Shown here: piece after piece, positions 1 through 15,527 of the stretch | Numbering within the stretch: position 1 is the stretch's first letter | Layout of the letters: every line of letters begins with the position of its first letter | DNA from: Octopus vulgaris | Lineage: Eukaryota | Direction: 5' to 3' | DNA length: 64,000 nt | NCBI GenBank assembly: GCA_951406725.2 | Contig: OX597814.1 | Coordinates: 91,264,001 to 91,328,000 of the forward strand | Notes under the pieces: generated by a model | The model's database searches: none | Seen by the model: the letters and a program-made list of their open reading frames with translations, nothing else | What the model was told of the DNA's origin: nothing | Program-made: the position numbers and the translations under genes

Positions 1-430
1 TCTTCAGTGATAATGGACTGAACCGAACCATAACTAATCTGCCCATCTTCTGATAACACACGGATGGTGATTCGCAAAATTTCCCTCACACGTACATGCT
101 CATTTGCGATATCTTCCTCAGAACTGCTGGATGCGGGTCTCTCAGAACGTTCGTCAATATCCACGTTTCTTCGGCCATCTTGGAAACGTCTGAACCACTC
201 GTACATTTGTGTCCGGCTCATTCACTCCTCTCCATACACTTTCTGCGTAGACGTCTGACCTGGTAGCGCCATGACAGCTTTCTCTGTGATGGTCAATGGA
301 CCGAATACACGCTACACACTTTCATTCCAAGCAGTGCTGTAAACAGCGGAAGTAAGTTAGAACATCAAAACGTAGTGCGCATGCACAGCTGTATTGGAGG
401 TCGATCTGTGCCAAGCGGCTTTACTCTGCG
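1..430 (-). mobile_element. mariner transposase 5' remnant (runs off window)
   Basis: The minus strand reads QKVYGEE*MSRTQMYEWFRRFQDGRRNVDIDERSERP...RITIRVLSEDGQISYGSVQSIITE, the mariner HTH region. 300-430 resembles the subterminal region of the MITE (about 36030-36150). Confidence 0.8.
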
Positions 431-1513
431 TTATTTAGCTTCCTGAATATGGTAACAGTCCTGATACTTATTACTCAGACCTCGTAATTGGCAGTTTCGT
501 TGCACTTCTTTAATATTCAAAAACTTCATTCCAAACTGAGACTCAGCTCTTTTTACTAACAAACGAATCCATATACTATTCCACGCCAATATAATAATCG
601 TCTTAATATTTACATATTGTCTACCACTGCTTTCCATGCTGCGCTCTTTACTCCAACACTCATTCTGAAAAATGATATTTGCGCATACATACACTCTACT
701 CTGTTACTCAAATTTTTAATCGCGATTTTTACAATATATCCAGTTTATATTCTCTCCCTTTCACTTTCCTAAGTGTTCCTTTTCTCGCTAACAGAAAACT
801 TATCGGGTATTTTATTCTTTGCATTGAATATGCGTATCTTTGTCTTTACTTCTCTCCAAAAGCATCAATGAAACTTCATTACGCTATATTGTGATGTGCT
901 TCTAATTCCCCAACGCAGACAAAACGGAATACCATATCTCCCTGGGTGAGGGCTATAATATAATCGGCAAGGTAACGGTAAACCGAACCGAAGTGTTTAC
1001 TGATTTGCAGTTGAGGCTCCTGTTGTCCAATTAGACATGAATATCACAAAATGTATTACTGTTTATAAAGATAAAAATCAGTACTAAATGAATACTGAGA
1101 TGTGTGCCGTTAGACATTAAAAATCGTGTTACGGTCATTGGCTCTGGTTTTAGAAATATTGTTTAGTGTGACGTCTATATCTGCCCGAGGAAACATGAAT
1201 CGACTCCAAAAAGCTCAGCAAAACATATTGAAAACTTGAAAGAAATTTCATGGAAAACTTTACAGTATGTACAAAGGCGTTAGCAGTAGCTTTAAAACAA
1301 GCTACAATGAAAGGATAAATAGCGAAGCTTGCATTTTCACTTAATACCATTCTGAAATGTTTGTCCTTCAGCTAAAGTACGTTCAGCCACTTAAACAAAT
1401 GCACCAACATTGTTTATTTCGTGTTTTTAGGTTTTTATTCTCGAGTGTCTATTATGCGTTTTTCTTATCCCCCATTTAGTCGCTTTAATCTTCCACGGGT
1501 TTTTTCTGTAATA

Positions 1514-1656
<143 letters not shown>

Positions 1657-3920
1657 GCTCTTTATTTCTCTTTCCTTCCAAGCCCCTCATTCTCTTCCTG
1701 GCTATCCCCTTATGTTTACGTTTTATTTTACTCATAAATAGCGTTCTACTTACATGACCCCGCGCACATTATTTACTTGCCCTCTGCATGAAGACACAAA
1801 TACACACTAACACACACAGAGACACACACGCATACACACACACACATACACACACACACGCACACATACATACACGCATACACACACTCACACACTTACA
1901 CACATGCGTAAACACACATGTATAACATACATCATATATGTATATATATATATATATACATGAGACCATGTTACATATATATTTGTGTTTCTTACTGCTA
2001 CAAATGAAAGCAAACACGTGCGCATATACACTCATGTACGCGCTATAAGATTTGCACGCGCATGCATATATGTAATCGTATTGAATTTTGTCTTATTTTA
2101 GTCTTTACTGATTGTTCTATACATCTTATCTTTTATGTTTACTCTTTCGAACTCATTCAGCATTCTTGAATTTTAATTCGCTTTTTCCACATTGTTTGCA
2201 TTGTGTGAAAGACCTCTTGTAAGAATACCTACTTTTACCTCTTTATCCGATTTTCTATCACTTTTTATCATTCCTTTGTTTCCATTTTGTTATTACTTTT
2301 CCATCTTTTTTTCTAACGACTTAACCATCCCCCTCTTTTTTTTTTATTAGCGCGTTTGTTATTTATCATGTGATAATGCACATATTCGTTTTTTCTTAGT
2401 TTTCTTTCTCCTTATTCCCACTTTCATAAATCCTCGCTTTAAGTCAGCATTTTGGTTTTGTTTTATTAGTCTTTTACGTGTTGTGGTGTTTATTCGAACT
2501 CTTTTCATATTTTGATTTTCCAACAAATGCAACATATGTCGTTTCTCTGATGCTATTTCATCCACGGATTTGAACGGCAATATAGATACTATAAACTATA
2601 AAACATTTTATTTTCTATTTCTTCTACTAGACATGTTTTAGTTTTCGGAACATGCGGCCGTTCTGTCGATATAATTGATATAATCATTTAGCATTTTATA
2701 TATTTTGGAGATGGAAAACATGTCAGATATAAACTGATATCATTCACCAAGGAAATCTTAGCATGTACTTGCTCATTTATAAACATACAAAAAAAAAAAC
2801 ACCAGAAAATATCAAGATAAAACGAGTAAGTGGATTATTGTCAGAGTGACTGTAGAGTGTCACACTAACTGACTCCTGTTGTAGAATTTCCTTTTATCGT
2901 TGAAATCAAATTTAGGCTGAAAAGGCTTTTCGTGGGTGCTTAATTATAACTAATATATCGTGGGTTTAAATATAACTAATATATACAGCGAAATATAAAC
3001 GTTTCAGTATGACGCATTTATTTTCTGTGCTGGATCCCATTTTCTCTTTAAGAAATCATAATCAATCAAGAACAACATATCTGGACTTAGTTTGATAAAA
3101 TATTTATCAACGCACACCCGACGAATATCTACGCGTAAAATGAAATATGATTTTCTATTATCATCGAGGAGTTACAGTGGCAAGCATTTCCAAGCGCCGA
3201 GCTAAATATCATCTAATATTTAGAAATTGCAATCTTCGTGCTTCGATTTATTAGTCTAAGCTCAGATATGTGAAATAAATTTATTATCGACTGAAGGCTG
3301 TTCTGAAGCTAGGCTGTACTCTCCGCTCTATAATAATTGCTCAAACATGCGTCTCATTCGGTACACCATTCCATACTTAAATTTTCAAAATGCAGCTCAT
3401 GCAATCTGACTAATTGAATCGTTTCGCTTATGTCATTATACATATATAATTACGCAAACTACCACTACTTTCTCAAATCGTTTGTAACATTTTCTGCAGA
3501 TAAAAAATCCATAGCTATTCGTCTGTTAGGCTTAAGATGAATATTCTTTGCTAATGAAGCTCGCTAATACGTTATAAATTGTGGGTTTGTCACCTTCTTC
3601 GCGATGAAAATTAAATGCTTTCGCGATGCAGAGTACATTAAATTTTCTTTGAAATTATAACTTTTTTTGAAATTATTTCCCACTTATTTAAAGTGTCACT
3701 GTCAATTGATGGTTTAATTTTGTTTCCTCTCTCCGAAAAATAGATAAATATCAGTTATTTTCAAATAATTTACATACATTTCAGTGCTGACAATATAACT
3801 AAATCTTATTTTATAAATAGTTAAAGAGCCCAGCGTATGACTAGCCAAAAAGCATTTTATACACATAACCGAGTAAAGATAATCGATATCTACTTGCATA
3901 TCCACATACACACACAAAAC

Positions 3921-4353
3921 GTGGCTGTGCGGTAAGAAGCTTGCTTACCAGACACATAATACCGGGTTCAGCCCCACTGCGTGGCATCTTGGTCAAGTAG
4001 CCTCTACCATAGCCTCGGGCCGACCAAAGCCTTGTGAGCGGATTTGGTCGACGGAAACTGAAAGAAGCCCCTCGTATATATGTGTATGTGTGTGTGTGCG
4101 CGTACGTGTGTGTGTGTATGCATATCTGTGTGTGCGTATGTTTGTGAGCCTTTATGCCTGTGTTTGTCACCACCAACACTTGACAACCCTTGTTGGTGTA
4201 TTTATGTCCCCGTAACTTAGCGTTTCGGTTAAACAGGCCAATAGAATAAGTACCAGGAATAAAAAAAGAAGTACTCAGATTGATTCATTCGACTAAAAAT
4301 TCTCCAAGATGGTCCCCAGCATAACGGTAGCCTAAAGACTGAGACACGTAAAA
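3921..4353 (+). mobile_element. tRNA-derived SINE family A, with internal (TG)n
   Basis: A-box-like GTGGCTGTGCGGTAAG and B-box-like GGGTTCAGCCCC; body and tail are shared with several other copies in the window. Confidence 0.85.
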
Positions 4354-4367
4354 CATAATATAAAATT

Positions 4368-4457
<90 letters not shown>

Positions 4458-7400
4458 TGTGTGTGTGTATGCATGTATGTATATGTATGAAAATGTAAGA
4501 AAATGGTTGTCACTCAAGTTTTTCCTTAAAAAAGACATATTGAAAGGAAATGAGATAAACACAAAGAAGAATATCAGAAATATAAAGTACTGGAAGAATA
4601 TGGAATGAATGGTAAGCAAAGTAGACAACAGGAGCTGCCGGAGAAAGAGTAAAAGAGAAAGGCAGATTAAGAAATAAATAATTTGGAAGAAGAAAAAGAG
4701 AAAAAAATGGAGATATATAAATAGAGAATACAGAGTTTCGCAGTGAGACTACAATAGTAAGAATGGGGTAAATAGTGAATTGCTAATGGGCAGCATAGAA
4801 TATATCTACAATGAGCAACAAAAGCACATAAGAAACTGGACACAATGGCAAAAAGAAAAAGAATTCAAACAGGCGACTCCTTTCATGAGGAGTCTCCTTT
4901 ATGTAATTGTGATTTTAGCACGTTTCCTGTATGATCGCTGTCGTCTTAAGGTGCCAATACTTACAAGAAAAATGCTACTAGTCAATAAAGCAGGAAAGCA
5001 ACGAATACAGTAAATGCACAGGATCGAAGGATAAACGTAACTAAGTGTGCACAGAGAATCGGATGGTATTGAGTTATTTCGACTAAATTGTACAACACGC
5101 GGGAGAGTTTTCCATTTATGTACGACTTAAAAAGTTAAATAATCAATTATTTCAACAGTCAACGATTTTACCGCCGTACAACCCTATCGTGTATATAACG
5201 CGCATTTTTTTAACTCTTGCCACATCTAAGAAAAAAACAAACAAATTGTACAATTTTTCAAATGCTGATTTTAATTTTCATCACTCTCATAACATTATCT
5301 TAATCAATAAAACTCTACACCAAATTTTCCTTCGCAATTGTTTAAAAGCTATCAATTTCTTCTTAATATGTGACATCATCTTCTCATCCTTCAAGTGCAT
5401 TTGTATTATAACACCTTTGAAACTTTCAGTTATCAAAATGAAAATCAATAGCACCCTTCCCTTGCATTAATTATTATGCAATCCGTTGTATTGAAGACTT
5501 GAAAAGTTTGGCTGAAGCCACGGTAGTTGTGATTAACCGTGTGCTTAGAATATAACGCTAATAAATTTTAAGTAGTATATAGACAGACAGTAGCAGCAAT
5601 TTCCGTTAATCCACGAAAATGACAACGAATATAATATTATCTTCTCGTAAATCCTACTTTAAATTATCTGTAAGATGATCGCAAGTAGAATCAAATTGAC
5701 ACATAGATTTTAATTTTGATAAAACACAAGGACGACCATACTAAGGCAAACACTTGCGTTCAAACACATTGTTGTCTTCCAAACATTCTCACTAACGAGA
5801 ACAATTACCTTGTTTGCAAGTTTAATCTCTTTTGGTAGAGACTTACGTTCGCATATAAGTATACAATCGGCAGTTGCAGCTAAAATTACTACAATAGGCT
5901 CTTGTAGGCGCCACTTGTACGAACATATGAACTCTTAGACAATGAACTGATGTTTCGAAATATACAACCGTTCAATCAAAATTCCAATTTTGATTAAGGA
6001 ATGCAAATTTTCGTTCGAAAGCCAATAATAAATCATTGAAACTGAATGCGATTTTCTTTATTGTCTATAGGCACATGCTGTCAAATAGTCATGCGATGAG
6101 GTAGAAAGATAGAATGAAAATTCCTTAAACGAGTAAAGCAATTACGACTTCCATTTAAACGAATGCTATGAATCAAAGTGTTTCATGTTAGAATTTGCAG
6201 CTTTTCATTTAGAGGAGCTGAACCTCCTTCTCTAAAATTATTGTTTCTAGCTCAGGGAAAGTGCTGTTTTATCCCCCGATGATTTTCGAAATCATGATGC
6301 AGGATTTATTTTTACTTATTGCTTATGTCAAAAATATAAATCCTACCTTAAAATCATCAGTTCCAAAGTATCTAGTTGTTCAACGATTTCTTTGTACTTC
6401 CACTACTAATAATATTCGATGAGAGAAGAACATCGGAGCAATCATAATGGAATAATGATGTCGTAAATTGTGTGGCGATGTTTACACATCAATACAGATT
6501 ATAATTTGAGGGTTTTTAAATCAAAACAAGCATTCTAAAGACAAAGTATTATTGGAACAGAACCAGTGACGTTGACTACCAGCCAACTCTACGATAACAG
6601 TATGTTAGTGAATTAAAATTCTTCTGTTTCAAATGTTAAGCGCAGATATTGTAAAATGTTAAATGCACATTGATAATATCGGCGCCGGAAACCGTTTATC
6701 TGGTCAGTGCACTTACAAATAGTTTCTTACAAAAATATAGTTAGAACGAAGCTGAGTTTTGAATACTGTATACAAATTTACTTATTATATCACCTTTAAA
6801 ATAAATTGCTATCAGCAAAGAGTGTTGAACAAAAAATATTCACATTTCAGTAATTTTCCAACAAAACTGGTCTAAGAGAACGCATATTTTATTTCTGAAG
6901 ATATGCATAATGCGCAACCTAATAATTCATATCAAGCGGTTGGCATCTACAAAAAACGAAAACGGCGTGTAATTGAAGATACATACATAATTACATACAT
7001 ATATACATACACACATAACTCTGTGCGTGTGTGTGCATGTATATAATTATATATAAACAGGTAGTAAATTATATGACCTGTTTCTTTTGTTTATAATAGA
7101 TTTTCCCTATATGTGCCCTCTGCACCAAAAACAGGATTACTGTCAAATATATTAGCAAGTACACCAATTAAGTGCGAGTAGACTAGATGGTGATACACTA
7201 TGCTGTGCTAAACAACAGCATCGTGAATCATATATATACATATATATGTGTGAATGCGAGTGTGTGCGTTTGCGTGTTTGCATGCGTGACTGCGTGCGTA
7301 TGTGTGTTGTATTTTGTATGGTGGTAGAAATATTAAGTTTTGAATTAGAACCAGCAGTAATAATGTTAAGATTACCGATGTCACATACTGAATATATGTG

Positions 7401-7791
7401 TTTTATTTATTCACTTTATTACATGTTAGGAATTCATCATATACAGTCGTATATTTCTTAGAAACCCACCGTAGTTTCAATCATGTATTATTGCTAACAA
7501 ATTCATAGAACATTCGAACTTTTGTTATTACAGAGGCATCTATTGAATATTTAAATTTGTATGACTATTTCATGCTTTAAGAAGGTTTTAGTTAAGTGTA
7601 TCCAATATTTTCAATTTCGCTTAAACCTTGTCATTTTTACCATTGAAAACTTTAGAAAAACAGTTAAAACCGGTGTAGTCATTTTATTAAATTTGCTTTA
7701 AGACAGAGGAACATCTTCAACCGCAAAAGTAACTCATCTTTATTCTTCCTGCGTGAATATGAACATATGAACATCCTTTCACCAGATATAC

Positions 7792-7873
<82 letters not shown>

Positions 7874-7994
7874 ATATATATATATATATATATGTTGTAA
7901 AAATAATTGAATTTTCGTCTATGGAAACCCCATTACCTGCAGAAGCTAAGACCTGAAAACTGTGACTGCAAAATTCCAGTAGTCCAGAAAGTTA

Positions 7995-8330
7995 AGAAGT
8001 CCATATCTCATCCCATATGATTTTTACCTGTGGCGTTACATAAAAGAGGAAGTGTACAAGACAAAACCTCACATACTGAAGGACTTGAAGACAGGGATTC
8101 ATGAGGTTCTCAATGATATTCCAGACGATTTCCTTCAGAAGGTTCTTTGTTGCATCCTTGACCGTTTGAGGAAACTGGTGGATGCCACTGGTGCTTACGT
8201 AGAAATATGAAGATTTACTTTCATTTTCCCATACAATAAAGAATATGTATCATTTGTTTCAATAAATTTGTATGAGGAATATGGATTTTATTACCAATTT
8301 TTAATGCCTACTTACTTTTCAGCCACCCTG
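7995..8330 (+). mobile_element. IS630/Tc1/mariner (maT/DD37D-like) transposase 3' remnant with TIR
   Basis: RSPYLIPYDFYLWRYIKEEVYKTKP...DATGAYVEI* matches the SPDLxPxDFxLWGYxKxxVY motif; ends in the TIR-like CAGCCACCCTG followed by TA. Confidence 0.8.
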
Positions 8331-8642
8331 TATATATACATGAGAGTTCAAGTTATTCGAATAAATTAGGTAATTAGATGGTAAAGCACTAGGTCGGGTT
8401 TTAAAAATATGGAAGTCATGTATATTACCAAACCAGAGGATCAATTATCTATAGACATAATCATTCCAGCTGTATATGCAATTGACTGCATCCGACTTAG
8501 TATATTATGAATCTCAAGGAATACACACTACACCAACTGTACTGCACTTAAAAGACTATAGATTCACGCTAATAGCATGTTTTTTTATGATTTAAAAGTC
8601 TTTTATTTATGTTTTTTTTTAATTTACATGGTTCTTTTATTT

Positions 8643-8996
8643 ACATGGTTCCGGGTTCAGTCCCACTGCCTGGCATCTTAGGTAAATGTCTTCTAATATA
8701 GCCTCGGGCCGACCAAAGCCTTATGGGCGGATTTGGCAGACGGAAGCTGAAAGAAGCCCGTCGTATATATGTGTGTGTGTGTGTGTGTTTATGTGTCTGT
8801 GTTTGCCCCCCAACAACATTTGACAAACGATGCTGGTGTGTTTACGTCCTTGTAACTTAGCGGTTTGGCAAAAGGGACCGATAGAATAAGTACTAGGCTT
8901 GCAAAGAATAAGTCCTGGGATCGATTTGCTCTAATAAATGTGGTACTCCAGTATGGCCGCAGTCAAATGACTGAAGCAAGTAAAGAGAGTAAAGAG
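8643..8996 (+). mobile_element. SINE family A, 5'-truncated
   Basis: CCGGGTTCAGTCCCACTGC...GACTGAAGCAAGTAAAGAG, homologous to 3921-4353. Confidence 0.85.
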
Positions 8997-9665
8997 ATTA
9001 TATCTTCACTATTTATCGCTTGTATTACTTTCATCCTTTCGTTTTTATCCGTTTTATCTTTATTATATATCTCTTTGTTTAACTAACTATTTATCTGATA
9101 TTGAAGGCCACTCATCTTTTATTGTAATTTACTCACTTCCTGTTGACAGTTGATTTTATTTCGTCTATTATTTGACCACGCAATATTCATTATGCCATAT
9201 AAGCCGTCTTCCTACTTCTATGTAAATGAACCATTTACCTCCCTCTTTATCTACTACCCACATTCCATTCCCGTATTTTAAGGTTCTTTTTCGATTGAAA
9301 CGGCTCATACAGCTATAAAATAAAATAAAATGACCTTATCTTAGCTGTCAAGTGTATTACTATTCGAAGAATATAAATAAAAATAGAATAAATTAACCTT
9401 ATCTCAGAAGTCGGAACATGGTATCAATGTCTCATCCGCTATTTTTATCCTCCACTCACCTCCTTCATTATCTTTTAAGGTCTTTTGCTAAAACCTTATA
9501 GATAAAATAAATTGACCTTATCTTTCAGAAGATGAACCAGATATTATTATCCTCTTTCCTCTAATCTTCCTTCTGCTGTAATAGCTCTACACCTCCCTTC
9601 CTGTCACCGTAATGTTTTCCCTATATTAACTACTAGTGTGAAGATGTGAATTCATTCTTTTGCGT

Positions 9666-10650
9666 ATTATTGATCAGGGAATCATCATGTAGCACAAACA
9701 GATGATTTTTAGAATACCTTTTAAAAGTGTAATTCGTGTATATTCTCCAAATGAAGAAGCTTTTTCGCATGATGTAATATCTCAATTTTAAAAAAACCCG
9801 ACTGGAAACAGCTGTAGTGGTTGAATCATTATCTGTCTATTAATGCAAAACATGACAGCACAAATAGATGACGTAACATAATTTACGGCTGTATCTGATC
9901 CGTTGCCAAAATGTTGTCTATAAATAAATGCTTCATAGGACATTGGAATTAAGGTACAGAACTTCAATCGCATAAAAAAACAAACAAGAGCATACAATAT
10001 AAACAATGGAAGAAGGAAAAGGAAAGTCTAGACGCCCAATATGCTACAAGAGTGACCTAGTAATGGTGTAGGGAATGCTACAATTTATTAAGAGGTAGAT
10101 GCAATTTAAAGGGAGGTGAGGATGTTTAAAAAAGAGGTTATCAAGGAAATGTATTAAAGGAACATGCTAACATGATTATCAAAGGGTGGTACATATGCTA
10201 ACGCAGTAAACTGAAGTAAATGTAAATAATTACCGTGGGGTGCATACGAAAATTATGCTTTTAATATTTTGGGCTTCTAGATTTTTTTCTGGACCACGTT
10301 TTCTTTCCTTTTCCTTCTTCCCTTTGTTTATATTGTATGCTCTTGTTTTTACTCTGATGAAGCTCCGTGCTATAATTCGAATGTCGTATGAAATGAAGAA
10401 ATTTATTCTCGCATTTATGGTTCATTCACTACACCTGTTTCCAGTGGGATTTTTAATAGGTGTATTGAGAAATAACATCATACGAAAGAAGCTTCTGCAT
10501 TTGGAGAATATACACGAATTACACATTTAAAAGTTATTCTAAAAATCATTTGTTTGTGCTAATCCATGATTCCCTGATCAATAATATGATCGGAAACGGC
10601 CGTAAGATATGTTACGTCACCTATTTGTTATGCCATGCTTAGTATTAAAA
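9666..10650. mobile_element. inverted pair of PLE pseudo-LTR-like arms with decayed hammerhead motifs
   Basis: 9666-10042 is an imperfect reverse complement of 10264-10585. CTGATGA lies at 10354 and GAAA-CGGCCG-TA-AGAT at 10593-10608. The spacer has a weak IIF..APHG GIY-YIG-end trace on minus. Confidence 0.6.
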
Positions 10651-10927
10651 AATAAGTTATAAATGCCCTCCAATCGATGTGTTGGTTAATTTGAGGTTTT
10701 CTCCATTTTCTGATTATTTGCATTGGTTCCGGTTAAATTCTTGTATATACTGCTGTTACCTGCACTCTATGTGATTGGTATGCCTACACACCAATGCCTT
10801 GGGATAATACGGGTAACATATACCAATAGTGTATACGGATATTTTATCCCTTGGTCGGTTATTATAACTGCTAACACTTTTACACACACACACACTCTCT
10901 CTCTCTCTCTCTCTCTGTCTTTCCATC

Positions 10928-10989
<62 letters not shown>

Positions 10990-11240
10990 TATAACAGAAA
11001 CATGTTTCAAAAAGAAAACTAGAAACTACATGTGGGAAAGATATGGTAATGTTAGAAGAAAAAGTGAAAATGCACATTGGATATAAAAAATGAGAGGCTT
11101 TTTTTATGAAAAGTAACGATAAATATATACAATTAGATATATTAGATATATATACATACATATATATATCCATATACATACATATATATATATATATAAA
11201 TTTAGATAAATAGATAGATAGTAGCATACATATGCACATG

Positions 11241-11306
<66 letters not shown>

Positions 11307-12180
11307 AGAAAGAGAAGAAAGAAAGAGGGATCTTTTAAGCTTTATTCTTTGCAAGTGTCCTTATTTATCGGGAATTTAAGAGAGCATTTGAAAATATTTT
11401 CACTTTCATATAAATGTGCTGAATAATAAATACGTAAACTACCTTTCTTTCTTTAGCAATATATTTTGATATCCGCGATGCAATAAGCATCAATATGCGT
11501 ATAGAGAGAACAAAATATATTAATATAGCCCAGTCATTCACATACTTTTGATTACGATTATATGTAATTACTAATTTATATTTTTGCAGCAAACGTATCT
11601 TGCTATCATTAAAAATCAAAGGTAAACGTGCAGGAGAAACTCGAAGTCGAAATAAAGTGAATTATTTCTTTCATTCTTTAGCTTCTGTGCATTTAAATTA
11701 CGGAAACACCTTTTGCAACCATTCCTATTCATAAATATATCTATTCTAGATATAATTACATCTATTTTTCTGATTTTATCTCTGTTTACGCATATAGTAC
11801 GCTGTATTTGATCTCTTCAAGTTCAAAATTTACATGTGACTCCAAAATTTTCCACCCGAATAATATATTCGAAAGTTTTCATGAAACCGGAAATGCTAAC
11901 GCACTCGCACACTCACACACACATACACACACAAGCACACGCACACACCACACTCACAAACACACAAACACACAAACACACACAAAACCACACACACATA
12001 TACGCAACACACGTATTGATTGAGAAATATTCTCCATATTTGCTGTAATTAATCAACTCTTATATATATTACAAGAAAATGATTCAATTGTGAACCTGTT
12101 GTATCAGCTTGATAGAAAATGTCAATTTTCTTTTGTAGCTCAATACATTTAGATAAGTGGCATACGAGTGGATATATATT

Positions 12181-12573
<393 letters not shown>

Positions 12574-12574
12574 C

Positions 12575-14630
12575 CCTTTACATACCCACACGTCCCCACC
12601 CGGATATTCCAACTCTTACACCTCTGCACCCCTGTACCTGAACCCATCCACCGGATCCCACGACCTTGCTCCAATTCGCTGTTGTCACTATACCACCTAA
12701 TTTTCTCATGTCCGCTTCCGAACGCTCACTCGTCAGCAAGAGTCTCCGCTTCACACCTCTCACGTCCCACTGCGATAAATTTCGAACCCGATGTCAACGA
12801 GTTCTTGTCAAACTATGCGCGTTTTTCCACACGAATACACAGTGCCATGACAATCGGGATTGCTTCTTGGTGTTGGGGCGCCTCCCATCCATCTGGTCAC
12901 CACCTCCAAGCCAGTTCAGAATCCTGGACTTGTGGAAAAAGTACTGCAATGCGCTGGTGGACCGATTCAATTTCAAAAATGATCCCTCCGGGCCAACCTC
13001 ACCTACACTGAATCGATCGCCCTTCGCAAATTCCGTCGCCGCAACGACATCGTCATCAAGCCGGCAGATAATGGTAGCCATCAGGCCGGCACTGGTGGTG
13101 TGACGCGCGGACCTATACAAGTAGGAAGCGCTCAGCCAGCTTGGAAATCCCCTCTTCTAACGCCTCCTCAGTTTTGACCCCACTTCCTCCTACCAACACC
13201 GTGTGTCCTCCACCATTCATGACCTCGTCTCCTCTTCTGCCCTGCCCTTCCATTCCACCAACCTCATCATCCGAATACCCCATATCTCCACCTTTTTCCT
13301 TCCCAAAATAAATAAAGCCGACAACCCTGGCTGCTCCATTGTTCCTGCCTCCAATTACTCCACAGAACTCATTTCAAAATACCTCGACCACATCATGTCC
13401 CCTTTAGTTGCTGCCCTCCCATCCCACATACACGACACCAATCACACTCTTCACCTTTTCAATTCCTTTTCCTTCACCGCCGGTCCCTCACACCTCCTAT
13501 TCACCTTGATCATCAAATTACAATAAACGGTGATTCCCCACAACGACGGTCTCTTAGTCCTCCAATGCCTATCGACAGTCGCTCTGACCCCACACGCAGC
13601 ACCTCCACCCTTCTCCGTCTGGCGAGACCTATCAACATTGTCTGGGGTCGCTATGGGAATGAAAATGGGCCCCAATTTCGCCAACCTATTTTTTGGTGCG
13701 ATTGAGGCACAAGTATTCTCTCAGTTCTCCGGACTGAACAATACGGTCGCTACATAGACGACTGTATAGGCGCCACCTCTCTCTCTCTCACCATCTCCGC
13801 CTTTTTCAAATCCACAGATTGGCACCTCTACCTCAACTTCTACTTCTATCCTCCCACACTAAAAGGTCCATCCCCTACTGCCAGTTCCTACGCCTCCGGT
13901 GCCTGTTCAGCCGTAACCAGGATTTCGAAACCCTGTCCCAGTACGTTGCCCGCCTATACATGCATTGATGATACCCCTCAACCTTCTTCAAAATCACCCT
14001 TGCTTGCCCGCGCTCGTCTAATCGATCGTACTATCATCCTCTCTCCTTCCCCTAACTGCACCCTCATGCCCCTCCTTTGCCACCCCTCCACCCTACCTCT
14101 TCTTCGGAGGATCCTACGCTGTCTACAACTAGTTCCCACCACCCAACCAATTTTCCCAGCCCACACTTGTCCTCCTTTAAACGCAACCGTAATCTACGCG
14201 ATCTACTGGTCCGTAGCACGCCCTCTGCTTCCCCCAGCCTCTACCGGGTCCCGCTGTGACACCTGCCCTTTCATCACTAACACCACCTCCATCACTGGAT
14301 CCAAACCGCACACTGTCCACACTAGAAACTCTTCAAGCCTTATCTGTTGCATTAGGTCTAATAACCTCTACAATAAACTCTATGTTGGATAGACGGGCCA
14401 CTGGCTACCCAACCGGATCACCGAACATCTAAGAGCTGTTCAGCTACGCAGGAATACGCCTATCGCCCGTCATTTCCGCTTGGCTAACCACTTCCCCTCT
14501 AATGTATCCGTCTTTGGCCTCGGTCTGCACCACAGATCCACACACTTGCGACTCCGCCTAGAACAGCATTACATTTTCAGTCTATAAACACTAATTCCTT
14601 TCGGACTCGACACAACCCACTTCTCTTAAC
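12575..14630 (+). pseudogene. Penelope-like element (Neptune-like) RT + GIY-YIG ORF, decayed
   Basis: Motifs in order: SKSLRFTP, DIVIKPADNG, LPKINK, GVAMGMKMGPNFANLF, RYIDDC, KRNRNLRDLLVRS, CDTCPF, LYVG*TG..RITEH, EQHYIFSL*TLIPFGL. Many stops, frameshifts and deletions. Confidence 0.9.
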
Positions 14631-15104
14631 ACCTGTCTCTTCAAACTCCTTAAAAAGTGCAAATTTTAATTTTAATTTATTTCATCTTATTTTATCCTCA
14701 CTTTTACCCAGTTACCTTTTTACACCGTTACCTTTTTCCCGACTTTTTATCGTTTTATTTCCGTTGCATTTTTTCTTTCATAATTGTATTAATTTTTATT
14801 TATCCATTTAATTTTTATTTTATTCCTTAATCTTGTTTCTGTTATTTTTTGTAATTTTTACATCTTGTACCCATTCCCCTTTTTCTCCCCCCTATATTTA
14901 TCGATCTTTTATTTTATTATATTTCTGTATACACGCACACATGCATACACACACGCAAAAATATAGGAACCCGCGCACACACATGAGCGCAACATATACA
15001 TCCCACACACGTAATACACACACATACATGCACGCGCAAACACATACGCACACGCACACTCACCCACAAATATACCAGGGCGTGCTGAAAATTATTTTAT
15101 CATA

Positions 15105-15502
15105 TCTTTATATATAAAAGTAAGGTTGTGTGTCTGTCTCCTACGATTTAGATTCCTAACTACTCCCACGTTTTGCGGTGCAGTTTAACCAAAACCGGGT
15201 ATCTTATAGTCGTGATTCATATCGAGCCCTTCTGAGTATTAGCGTGCGTCTACGATGAGTCTATGATTTTAAAAAAATTTACCATCATTTTTTTCCATTT
15301 TAATGCATTTTTTTCCCTTATTATATAAGGGAAGTAACTCTCTAAAAATGTCTACGATGAGTCAAAGATTTTTTTAAAAAATTAACAATTTTTTTTTACA
15401 TTTTTAATGCATTTTTTTGCTATTTTTTGGTTATAACTCTCTAAAAATGCTTATATAGTTATTTCCCTTACAAACCCGAGCAACGCCGGGCGATACTGCT
15501 AG
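15105..15502 (+). mobile_element. non-autonomous Helitron, copy 1
   Basis: 5' TC, 3' CTAG, subterminal hairpin CCCGAGCAACGCCGGG, inserted between A and T; homologous to 26217-26731. Confidence 0.85.
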
Positions 15503-15527
15503 TCATTACTAAACATGTAATAAGTCA

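Noticed and set aside
6277-6360. ~85-bp imperfect hairpin containing CTGATGA on minus
   Set aside because: The motif is itself part of the inverted repeat; no HHR topology and no other support.
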